In this document: positions 9,345-17,726 of the stretch, in pieces
How the letters are laid out: the number at the start of each line of letters is the position of its first letter
Numbering within the stretch: the stretch's first letter is position 1
Source of the DNA: Hyphomicrobiales bacterium
GTDB taxonomy: Bacteria; Pseudomonadota; Alphaproteobacteria; Rhizobiales; TMED25
Direction: 5' to 3'
NCBI GenBank assembly: GCA_038131735.1
Contig: JAYPPX010000001.1
Location: 1,274,920 to 1,338,919, forward strand
Length of the DNA stretch: 64,000 nt
Notes under the pieces: generated by a model
What the model was told of the DNA's origin: nothing
Seen by the model: the letters and a program-made list of their open reading frames with translations, nothing else
The model's database searches: none
Made by a program: the position numbers and the translations under genes

Positions 9345-10034
9345 TTATTTTGATTCAGATGTTGCTGCGGCCCAAATCACAACACCAAATGCAATTTTGT
9401 TAACAAAATCAGCTAAGTTATAAATAAGGTTAAGGTTGTCAGCACTGCCTGCTCCAACATAACCTAATACATACCCAATAGGGTAGATTGCCCAACCAAC
9501 TGTAACGATGATTCTTAGTGCATTAAAAGCTTTCTGAGATGCAGGAGTTCCCTCACTTGCACTTATCTTACTTGCTTCACCTGCAAAGATTTCATAGATG
9601 ATATAAATCCATGCCGCCATTCCAATAATGAATGCGAACCACACATTCATTGATCCAATTTCACCTAAGTATCCAGCAATTAACATTACAACTGAAGCAC
9701 CTAGCAATCTCCAAAATAAAGATGCAGATACAACAGCAATTGCTGCAAGAATTAGATAAAATTCTACTATTTGTAATGGAACTGTTAAAAGCCAATCGAC
9801 ATATCTGAATACAACTGGTGATTCACCGGTTGTAACCCATACACCTCGCATATAGAAATAATGGATTGCTGCAATACCAGTCACCATAGCAGCAACAGAT
9901 AATGAAGTTTTCCATTTACCTACGGCACGATCTCTTTCAACATAGAAAAAGAAAGTTGCGGCAACCATTGCAGCTGAGATTATCCAAAAACTGACCCCAA
10001 CGAGATCATTTGGATTTAGTTGTCCTGTTGTCAT
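9345..10034 (-). CDS. Proteorhodopsin, DTE proton pump, blue-absorbing type
   Basis: 7 TM helices; RYVDWLLTVPLQIVE (D97/T101/Q105/E108 equivalents); His75-equivalent in AIHY; GWAIYP; retinal-binding Lys in DFVNK; AGGGAG SD. Confidence 0.97.
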   Translation of the reverse strand: MTTGQLNPNDLVGVSFWIISAAMVAATFFFYVERDRAVGKWKTSLSVAAMVTGIAAIHYFYMRGVWVTTGESPVVFRYVDWLLTVPLQIVEFYLILAAIAVVSASLFWRLLGASVVMLIAGYLGEIGSMNVWFAFIIGMAAWIYIIYEIFAGEASKISASEGTPASQKAFNALRIIVTVGWAIYPIGYVLGYVGAGSADNLNLIYNLADFVNKIAFGVVIWAAATSESK

Positions 10035-10136
10035 TTATTTCTCCCTAATATTATTTGTTAAATTATTTGAAAAAGATAATAACGTAAGGCCAATTATATC
10101 AATTATTAGATCACATCAATTTAAAATTTAGTATTG

Positions 10137-10766
10137 TTATTGAACCAATTGCAACAAAACTATAAAATAAATCCAAGCCCACCAAAATAGCTCTTGCATT
10201 GGTAGCATAACAGTTTCCCAGCTTGAAAGAGTAAGAACTTGGAAGAGCGTTATCATCGCAACTCCTAAATCACCCCACCGATTTGGGTCTGATGTAGCGA
10301 ATAAAATACTACCAATTGATGCATATACATAAATTATGATAAACAATAAAAGAGAAACATAAAAGACTCTTTTTAGTGATTTTAGTAAGGACTCAATAAG
10401 TTCCTTCAATTCAGGTATGGCAGAAATAAGTCTTAAGACTCGAAAAATTCTTAATAACCTCAGAACTAGTATTGAAGAGTTTGGTCCTGCAGGAATTATT
10501 GAGGCTATGACTATTATCGTATCAAATAGATTCCATCCATCTTTAAAGAAATGTAATTTTCTTTTTTCTGCAAAAAATCGTATCGAAATCTCTACCACAA
10601 AAAAAAGTGTAATTAACACATCAACGGCATGAAGAATAAATAGAACACTTGGTGGTATATTATATGTAGATGCACCAACTAAAAGCGCAGATAGTATGAT
10701 GGCAAATACAACAATAGCCTGAAAAATTCTATGATCTTTGATATTTTTAAATAAGTTTCTGTTCAT
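10137..10766 (-). CDS. Voltage-gated cation channel (BacNav, NavRh-type); S6 disrupted by apparent frameshift
   Basis: GWNLFD in S3; S4 LRLLRIFRVLRL; pore TLFQVLTLSSWETVMLPMQ; start at 10766 coupled to the cutA stop (ATGA); S6 continues in another frame to about 10111. Confidence 0.9.
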   Translation of the reverse strand: MNRNLFKNIKDHRIFQAIVVFAIILSALLVGASTYNIPPSVLFILHAVDVLITLFFVVEISIRFFAEKRKLHFFKDGWNLFDTIIVIASIIPAGPNSSILVLRLLRIFRVLRLISAIPELKELIESLLKSLKRVFYVSLLLFIIIYVYASIGSILFATSDPNRWGDLGVAMITLFQVLTLSSWETVMLPMQELFWWAWIYFIVLLQLVQ

Positions 10767-11086
10767 GTATCTGTAGTTGTTGATTGCAAAAGCCAATTTT
10801 CATAATCATCGTCAATTTGAGTAATTGGCAAACCAAAAATGCATGGTATCTCGTATGAATGAAACTTTTTTATTTGTGTTTTTATTTTAGAAAAATTCTT
10901 TTCAATTGCTTTCATAATCACTGTACATTCATCATCTTTGGCAATCTTATTGTTCCATTTATAGAGAGAAATCATTGCAGGGTATATATTCGAACAGGCA
11001 ATTAGATTTTGTTTAAGCAAAATATCAGATATACGTTTCGCCTCATTCACTGATGAACATGTGGTGTAAATTAGAAGAAATTTCAC
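10763..11086 (-). CDS. cutA: Divalent-cation tolerance protein CutA
   Basis: LIACSNI, SLYKWNNKI, HSYEIPCI, DYENWL. Confidence 0.92.
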   Translation of the reverse strand: MKFLLIYTTCSSVNEAKRISDILLKQNLIACSNIYPAMISLYKWNNKIAKDDECTVIMKAIEKNFSKIKTQIKKFHSYEIPCIFGLPITQIDDDYENWLLQSTTTDT

Positions 11087-11742
11087 TTCTTATACCTCTT
11101 AATGAATAACAAAACCAAACTATATAATAATATTGCATTTAATATGTGCCAGATCAAGTGTGTCCCAAACGGTATATAGTAGCAGGTAAAAGCATCGAGT
11201 TGTCTAAATGTTATAGATATCATGAAGATAAGTGATGCATTAAACAGTCCTCTTGATATTGCGATTTCTTTCCTCATGAGTGATAAAGCTGATATGATAA
11301 GCATAGCGAACAGCGCTGTTAAATAGGACGATATTTCTTCTATACCGGCATATCCGAGAAAAACATTTAAGCTCAAAAAAATAATAAGGGCAGCAGCTGC
11401 AACAAAATTATTTTGTTTGAGATAAAATCGAACTGCGATGTAAAGATAGATCAGTATAAACATCATTATGGGCAATGTATCTGCAATAGCAGACCATAAT
11501 TTACCAAATGCATGAAATAAGAAGCTACCCAAACCAATTAATAAAATTAAATAAGTTAATATAGTTGTATATCTTTTGTGAGAGTTATCACTGAAGGATA
11601 AATCTTTTAATCTCCTAAGAAGAATATAAAAAGCGATAATAAAAGCAATATTGGATAGAAAGTTTATTGGTTCTGCAAAAAAGTCTGAGGACACCCTTTC
11701 ACAGTAAATATCTATGCTTGTATTAAGATTTATGGAAGACAC
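11083..11742 (-). CDS. Ceramidase-like (CREST superfamily) membrane hydrolase
   Basis: DIYCER...AEPINFLSN, GSFLFH (SxxxH), ADTLP, GTHLIWH (HxxxH); multi-TM. Confidence 0.85.
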   Translation of the reverse strand: MSSINLNTSIDIYCERVSSDFFAEPINFLSNIAFIIAFYILLRRLKDLSFSDNSHKRYTTILTYLILLIGLGSFLFHAFGKLWSAIADTLPIMMFILIYLYIAVRFYLKQNNFVAAAALIIFLSLNVFLGYAGIEEISSYLTALFAMLIISALSLMRKEIAISRGLFNASLIFMISITFRQLDAFTCYYIPFGTHLIWHILNAILLYSLVLLFIKRYKK

Positions 11743-11749
11743 TAATTAA

Positions 11750-12127
11750 CTATACACTTAATTCTGTGATTTTTTCTTTTGCTTCTCTGAGTTGCTTCAT
11801 AATATTTCTCATTCTTGGCATCATATTATTTTCCCAATATTTTAACATCTCAATATTGTCTCTTGTGATGCTATAAACACCAGAAAAGTGCTCAATTAAT
11901 TCATCAGAGCCTGCAAGAAATATACCATCTGATGACTCAACAGTTGGGAAGCTTGCTTTTTGCCCTGACTTTTCGAGAATATACATTGTTATTTCCTCAT
12001 ATGACTCTTCATCAGCATGTGCAACATGTAATTCAAAATCATCTAATTTATTTATTTCATTGAGGTATACAATAAACTTGTAGGAAAATGGACATCCTGC
12101 TTTCACAAATAATTTATTCTTATTCAT
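11750..12127 (-). CDS. Glutaredoxin/GST N-terminal-like protein
   Basis: LFVKAGCPFS monothiol motif, ASFPTV cis-Pro loop, GSDELIEHF. Confidence 0.7.
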   Translation of the reverse strand: MNKNKLFVKAGCPFSYKFIVYLNEINKLDDFELHVAHADEESYEEITMYILEKSGQKASFPTVESSDGIFLAGSDELIEHFSGVYSITRDNIEMLKYWENNMMPRMRNIMKQLREAKEKITELSV

Positions 12128-12140
12128 TTAATTCTCTCTT

Positions 12141-13043
12141 CTATTTAATAAAGTTTCCTGTATTTAAATCTTGCATAGCTTGGATAAGTTCTTCTCTTGT
12201 ATTCATTACAATCGGTCCATGCCATGCAATGGGTTCTCTAATTGGTTTACCAGAAACAAGCAAGAATCTTATACCTTCATCAAAAGTATGTAATACAACA
12301 TTTTCTCCTGGGTCAAAATAAATTAGAGTCTTATTCCCTGATGAGTCCCTAATATTGAATTCTTCTCCATTAAATTCTTTTTCTACTTTGATACCTATAG
12401 GATCTGAAGCATATTGAAAATGAGCTGAACCACTAAACACATATGCAAACGTGCTTTTATAAGTGTCAATTTTCAGTAATTTATTTGTATTCGGTGGCAC
12501 ATAGACATCTAAAAATTGAGGCTCAGCTGCAATACCATCAACAGGACCTAATATTCCCCTATAATCACCAACAACAACTTTAATTTTTGACCCATCATCG
12601 TCTTCCACTATTGGAATCCCTGTGGTATCTATGTCTTGATACCTAGGTGAAGTCATTTTTTTATTAGATGGTAAATTAGCCCATAATTGAAATCCATGCA
12701 TCTGTCCAATTTCATTCCCTTGAGGCATCTCTTGGTGCATGATTCCTGAACCAGCTGTCATCCATTGTACATCACCACCTGCCAGAAGTCCGGTATTACC
12801 AAGACTATCTTTATGTTCAACTGTTCCCTCAAGCACATATGTAATTGTTTCAATACCTCGATGTGGATGCCATGGAAATCCTGCTTTGTATTTTTCCGGG
12901 TCTTCGTTTCTAAAATCATCCAATAATAAAAAAGGATCAAATTTTTCTGGATCTGCAAAACCAAATACTCTGTCAAGTGAGACACCCGCTCCTTCAAGAA
13001 CAGATTTTGGATTTGATTTAGTTGTAACTGGTCTAAATGACAT
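12141..13043 (-). CDS. Pirin family protein
   Basis: EGAG, DPFLLLD, GFPWHPHRGIETITY, QWMTAGSGIMHQE, GPIVMNT. Confidence 0.95.
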   Translation of the reverse strand: MSFRPVTTKSNPKSVLEGAGVSLDRVFGFADPEKFDPFLLLDDFRNEDPEKYKAGFPWHPHRGIETITYVLEGTVEHKDSLGNTGLLAGGDVQWMTAGSGIMHQEMPQGNEIGQMHGFQLWANLPSNKKMTSPRYQDIDTTGIPIVEDDDGSKIKVVVGDYRGILGPVDGIAAEPQFLDVYVPPNTNKLLKIDTYKSTFAYVFSGSAHFQYASDPIGIKVEKEFNGEEFNIRDSSGNKTLIYFDPGENVVLHTFDEGIRFLLVSGKPIREPIAWHGPIVMNTREELIQAMQDLNTGNFIK

Positions 13044-13051
13044 TCAAACTC

Positions 13052-13264
13052 CTAATTAAAAAATTTCATAATCGTAATGACTGACATAGTAATTGCACAT
13101 GCAAAGGATATTATTATGATTATGCCTAAGTAATGAGCCATCCTGTTTGATGGAAGAGAGTCATCAATAACAACCTCATCATTTGCTTTTATTTTTCTGA
13201 AAAGATACCCCGAAATGAGGAAGATACCATAAAATATCAATGTATATTTGAGTTCTGTAGTCAT
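13052..13264 (-). CDS. Small hypothetical membrane protein (2 TM)
   Basis: 70-aa ORF with two hydrophobic segments, 8 nt upstream of pirin and co-oriented with it. Confidence 0.6.
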   Translation of the reverse strand: MTTELKYTLIFYGIFLISGYLFRKIKANDEVVIDDSLPSNRMAHYLGIIIIISFACAITMSVITIMKFFN

Positions 13265-13360
13265 TATCTAACAAATTTACGTAATTAAATCTCTGTGGGT
13301 TTACTTAATACAAGAAAAATTATATCCTCTTTAGTAACTTTGTGCAAATAGGAGTGGAAT

Positions 13361-14179
13361 ATGCCCATAATAAAGAAATTTAATGACATAAAATTTAAAT
13401 TTGAAGATGATGGAATTAAATTTAAAAATCTGATCACTAGAGAAGACTTAGTAGACTCAAGAATCACGATAGATTACTTTGAATTATCGGCTCAAAAAAA
13501 CTTTTCTATAAAAAATAGCGAAAATGACGTTTTGTGGATCCAAATATTATCAGGATCAATTAACATTGAAGGTAATATTGTTGATGATAATAAGATAATC
13601 TTCATCAAAGGAAACAAAAATATAGACTGTGATGCAATAGAAGCCTCAAATTTGGTTATTACAAAGATCCTAAATTATAAAGTTCACGAAAAGACCCCTA
13701 CTGATAATTTTGAACAGGACATAAATATCATTAACTGGGGAAATGAGCCTATCTTAAAATCAGAACATGATGATAGAAAAAGAGTTTATTTACTCTCTGA
13801 AACGCTTGCTAATACGGACAGTGTTAAAGGAGAATTAATAATCTACCCTAAAAACACTTCTTGCCCAGAGCACTATCATGTGGGCGCAGAACATTATCAA
13901 TTTCTTACAGAGGGTAATGTCATTGCTGTACTTGATGGGAAAGAATATGAGTTATCAAAATACGATGTCTTGTATAATTTTGAGAATGAAAACCATTGGT
14001 TTTATACAAAAAATAGTAATTGTGAATTTGTAGAGTTTTTCATCCCCGGTGAAGCTAAAACAATCTGGACCCAAACAACAAATGTTTGTACATGGTCACC
14101 AATTGGTACTGATATTAATGGAAAGAAACCATCCAGACATATTGAGAAACATGTTCACGGTGAAGGAGAAAATATTTAA
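13361..14179 (+). CDS. Cupin domain protein (probable bicupin)
   Basis: AGGAG SD; CPEHYHVGAEH...ENENHWF metal-binding cupin motif in the C-terminal half. Confidence 0.8.
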   Translation: MPIIKKFNDIKFKFEDDGIKFKNLITREDLVDSRITIDYFELSAQKNFSIKNSENDVLWIQILSGSINIEGNIVDDNKIIFIKGNKNIDCDAIEASNLVITKILNYKVHEKTPTDNFEQDINIINWGNEPILKSEHDDRKRVYLLSETLANTDSVKGELIIYPKNTSCPEHYHVGAEHYQFLTEGNVIAVLDGKEYELSKYDVLYNFENENHWFYTKNSNCEFVEFFIPGEAKTIWTQTTNVCTWSPIGTDINGKKPSRHIEKHVHGEGENI

Positions 14180-14220
14180 AAAAAAGTGATCCCTCTTTTA
14201 AATAGTCGCGTTATGTAATT

Positions 14221-14315
14221 GTGTGGGTAAGATGATTGTAAGTCGAAACTTCATCTTACATATAAATTTCAACATATCCCTATTAATCCCTAAGGTTGAT
14301 ACCACTTGCCCACAC
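14221..14315. ncRNA. Candidate structured RNA between convergent genes
   Basis: GTGTGGGTAAG/CTTGCCCACAC closing stem; internal GTAAGATGA/TCATCTTAC and TCAAC/GTTGA stems; family not recognised. Confidence 0.3.
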
Positions 14316-14319
14316 TAAA

Positions 14320-14649
14320 TTATCCTATCTTAGTTGCACCTGTCTCGCACTTATACAGCTTATTATCTTTTTTTGTGTAAGCTGCAAGAACTGCCTCTTT
14401 TGTATTATCTGGAAAAGCAACAACCATATGCTCAACTAATATATCCTCATTTTCATATACACATCTGTGCTGTTCAATAGTAAAACTGTCACTCGCTAAA
14501 AAACCTTTGATCATACTAAGAGTTTCCTCTCTATTCATTGTTGTACCAGATTGGTGTCTTACAAATGTATATTCATCGTGAATATAACTACTAAATTTAT
14601 CAAAATCCCTGTTAGCCGTGGCTTCTTTTAGTTCTGGAAAAATATTCAT
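14320..14649 (-). CDS. NTF2/SnoaL-like protein
   Basis: HDEYTFVRHQSG, RCVYENEDILVEH, ETGAT C-terminus; AAGGA SD. Confidence 0.75.
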   Translation of the reverse strand: MNIFPELKEATANRDFDKFSSYIHDEYTFVRHQSGTTMNREETLSMIKGFLASDSFTIEQHRCVYENEDILVEHMVVAFPDNTKEAVLAAYTKKDNKLYKCETGATKIG

Positions 14650-14684
14650 TCTTGCTATCCTTTAATAATTATCGTTGATTTTCA

Positions 14685-14709
14685 GAAACATTATACCATA
14701 TGATGTTTC
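14685..14709. promoter_or_regulatory. Putative operator (imperfect palindrome) in divergent promoter region
   Basis: GAAACATTATA-cca-TATGATGTTTC; 10 of 11 arm positions match. Confidence 0.4.
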
Positions 14710-14735
14710 AATAATGTGAAATTTCAAATTTAAAG

Positions 14736-16106
14736 ATGTATAAAAATAAATTGCCCACGTTAGATAAAGAAAATTTTATCCACCCCTTAACTCACCTAGC
14801 TAAGTTTGAAAGAGGTGAGATACCGTCCAGGATTATGAAGTCTGCGAATGGTGTAAGGATAAAAGACTCTGATGGTCAAGAATACATAGATGCCTTTTCT
14901 GGTTTATACTGTGTAAATGTTGGATATGGTTGTACTGAAATTATTGATGCAATAAAAAAACAGGCTGAAAATTTAGCTTACTATCATGCATATTATGGGA
15001 ATGGTACTGAAGCATCTATTGAATTATCTAATATGGTTATAAATTTAGCCCCGAAAAATATGAATAAGATATATTTTGGATTGACGGGTTCAGACTCAAA
15101 CGAAACAAATATTAAATTACTTTGGCATTACAACAATCTGATTGGAAAACCTGAGAAGAAAAAAATTATTTCTAGGAACGGATCTTACCATGGATCAGGT
15201 ATAATTACTGGAAGTTTGACAGGCCTTAAAAACTACCATAAAAACTTTGGGCTTCCATTGAATAATTTCTTACATACAGAAGAAGCTAACTACTTCCACA
15301 GAAATAATTTAGACCAAACTGAAACAGAATTCTCAACCTATTGCTCTGAAAAATTAGAAGAAATAATACTAATTGAGGGACCAGAAACAATTGCAGGATT
15401 CATAGCAGAACCAGTAATGGGTAATGGTGGACTTGTTCCACCACCTAAGGGTTATTGGAATAATATAGATAAGGTGCTTAAAAAATATAATATTTCATTC
15501 ATTGCAGATGAGGTGATTACAGGTTTTGGAAGATTAGGTGAAATGTTTGGTTGTAATTATTATGATATAAAAGCAGATTTAATAACTGTTGCAAAGGGAA
15601 TCACATCTGCCTATGCTCCTTTGTCTGGCTCTATTATATCAAATGAAATTTATGATGTCATAAGAGATGGAACAGATAAAAATGGTGTATTCACTCATGG
15701 ATCCACATACTCAGCTCACCCAATTTCTTGTGCAGCTGCAGTAGCAAACCTAAATTATATTGATAAAAATAATCTGATTAAGAAAGGCGCAGAAATTGCA
15801 AAGTATTTTAATCAAAAACTGAAGGAGACATTTATTGATCATCCAAACGTGGGTGATATTAGATATGAGGGACTCCTATCAGCTATTGAGCTGGTGAAAG
15901 ATAAAAAGAATAGACTATTCTTCAATAATCAAGGAGCTTTGGCTCAAGAGATAGTTTCTAAAATGGCAGTTAATGGTATTCTTGCAAGAGCAATGCCATC
16001 CGGGGACACTATCGGATTTGCTCCTGCTTTTTGTTTATCCAAAAATGATGCTGATACAATTATTGATAATACATCAAAGAGTATTAATGAGGTCATAAAC
16101 CACTAA
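14736..16106 (+). CDS. Class III PLP aminotransferase, DoeD/Atf (diaminobutyrate transaminase)-like
   Basis: DAFSGLYCVNVGYG, GSDSNETN, YHGS, FIAEPVMG, IADEVITGFGRLG, TVAKG; N-terminal ENFIHPLTHLA resembles the DoeD subfamily as recalled. Confidence 0.9.
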   Translation: MYKNKLPTLDKENFIHPLTHLAKFERGEIPSRIMKSANGVRIKDSDGQEYIDAFSGLYCVNVGYGCTEIIDAIKKQAENLAYYHAYYGNGTEASIELSNMVINLAPKNMNKIYFGLTGSDSNETNIKLLWHYNNLIGKPEKKKIISRNGSYHGSGIITGSLTGLKNYHKNFGLPLNNFLHTEEANYFHRNNLDQTETEFSTYCSEKLEEIILIEGPETIAGFIAEPVMGNGGLVPPPKGYWNNIDKVLKKYNISFIADEVITGFGRLGEMFGCNYYDIKADLITVAKGITSAYAPLSGSIISNEIYDVIRDGTDKNGVFTHGSTYSAHPISCAAAVANLNYIDKNNLIKKGAEIAKYFNQKLKETFIDHPNVGDIRYEGLLSAIELVKDKKNRLFFNNQGALAQEIVSKMAVNGILARAMPSGDTIGFAPAFCLSKNDADTIIDNTSKSINEVINH

Positions 16107-16833
16107 TACTATCAACTTTGTTCAAGATATTTTGATCAATCTTTATTTTATTATTATTTTCAGCTAATTTCCAAGGGATCCCTTCGACAGCTTCTTCATA
16201 GGTAAAATCATTAAGAACGCTATCAAATTTCCAACCGCTTGGAGACATAACAAATTTAGCTTTATCCGTTATTAAAATTGATGGGCCTCTTCCTAAATGA
16301 TATTTTTTCCTCAATTTATCAAATGCCGATCCAGAGCCTGGACTTGTTATAAAATCAACTTTTTCAACAAATCTTCTAGAATCATGAGGCATGAGAATAA
16401 TTAAATTAGGAATTAAACATGCAATATCATGCGCCCCGCCTGAGCCAACCATTCTTACCTTAGGAGTTCGATAGTCTCCTATAACTGTTGAATTTAAGTT
16501 ACCATATATGTCTATTTGAGCAGCTGAGAGAAGTCCAACATCAATTCTGCCCGCTTGTAGGTCAGAAAAAACAGAGAAACTATCTGTTATCATATCTGAT
16601 CCATGTGCTATTGATGGGCTACCTGTCGAATAAGATTTTGTTTTTGGCATTGCGCCAATAGCTCCAGACTCATAGATTAAATTTATATTGGGTTCAATTG
16701 TATCCTTGGCAAGACATGCAGTATCTGAGGGAATTCCTATACCCACAAAACATGAACCGTAACCTTTTAATTCCATTGCCGCAATCATAGCAATCCGTTT
16801 ATCTGGGGTAATTTCTCTGTAATTAACTTTCAT
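16093..16833 (-). CDS. Family I CoA transferase beta subunit (GctB/PcaJ-like)
   Basis: FVGIGIP, catalytic Glu in IYESG, AQIDIYGNLNST, GSGGAHDIA, VDFITSPG. Confidence 0.9.
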   Translation of the reverse strand: MKVNYREITPDKRIAMIAAMELKGYGSCFVGIGIPSDTACLAKDTIEPNINLIYESGAIGAMPKTKSYSTGSPSIAHGSDMITDSFSVFSDLQAGRIDVGLLSAAQIDIYGNLNSTVIGDYRTPKVRMVGSGGAHDIACLIPNLIILMPHDSRRFVEKVDFITSPGSGSAFDKLRKKYHLGRGPSILITDKAKFVMSPSGWKFDSVLNDFTYEEAVEGIPWKLAENNNKIKIDQNILNKVDSISGL

Positions 16834-17716
16834 CTAATGCCCCGCATAAACCCATTTGTAGGGATAATCTATTTTCTTTACCTATCTTTTCCATATACAA
16901 TTCGATATTATTAACGTTAATTACCCATTCCTTAAGATAATTCCCTAGTTCTGACTCGTCCCTTGAGACAGAGTCATACGAAATATAATGCTCGTCATCT
17001 CTTGAGTAAAAACCTGATACGTACGATGGATATGCACCCCATGGAAGCTCAACGATACTTGTGACCCTATGAGATGGAATAATTGTTTTTCCAGGTGACT
17101 CTTTTATTTCTTCATTATTTATAATTCTTTCAACACTAACTATTATCCGATCCGATGCTAATGCTCCCTCAACAGTATCACCGTCAATCCCCCACATCTG
17201 AACATTTCCGTATTTATCGGCCTGCTGTGCATGTATTAATGCCACATCTGGTTTTAATGAGGGTATTGCTGAATATTCTTGACCCGTGTAAGGGGATATA
17301 ACCTTTTTAAGGTATTTAATATTTTCAGGTAAATCACCAATTTGTAGAATTTTTGAGGGAACAAAATCAACACCCATTCGAGCGGCGTGTAACCTCATTA
17401 TTATTGACTGATTTGTCCATTCTTCAATTTCAATCGAGTTAGATTTGTAGGCTCTATTAAAAGAATGAGCTAATCCAACTGTTGGATTTCCAATGTAACC
17501 AAAAATAACTTTTTTTATAATACCTGAGGCAATCAATTGATCGAATAAAATATCAGCCCCAGACCTACAAATTGACAAATTTTTAATATTTTGCCTTATA
17601 AGTTCATGCGTTAAATAAAATGGTATTAAGTGACCAAATCCACCAATAAATATTAAATCATCAGATGAAACATTATTTTTAATCGCATCTTGTAAGTTTG
17701 ATACCTTTTCAATCAT
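16823..17716 (-). CDS. Family I CoA transferase alpha subunit (GctA/PcaI-like)
   Basis: GGFGHLIP, ELIRQ, PDVALIHAQQADKYGNVQ, PWGAYPS. Confidence 0.9.
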   Translation of the reverse strand: MIEKVSNLQDAIKNNVSSDDLIFIGGFGHLIPFYLTHELIRQNIKNLSICRSGADILFDQLIASGIIKKVIFGYIGNPTVGLAHSFNRAYKSNSIEIEEWTNQSIIMRLHAARMGVDFVPSKILQIGDLPENIKYLKKVISPYTGQEYSAIPSLKPDVALIHAQQADKYGNVQMWGIDGDTVEGALASDRIIVSVERIINNEEIKESPGKTIIPSHRVTSIVELPWGAYPSYVSGFYSRDDEHYISYDSVSRDESELGNYLKEWVINVNNIELYMEKIGKENRLSLQMGLCGALDES

Positions 17717-17726
17717 TATTTATTTG

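Noticed and set aside
14231..14255. Hammerhead ribozyme (GATGA...CGAAAC)
   Set aside because: Lacks the CUGANGA core and a proper stem II
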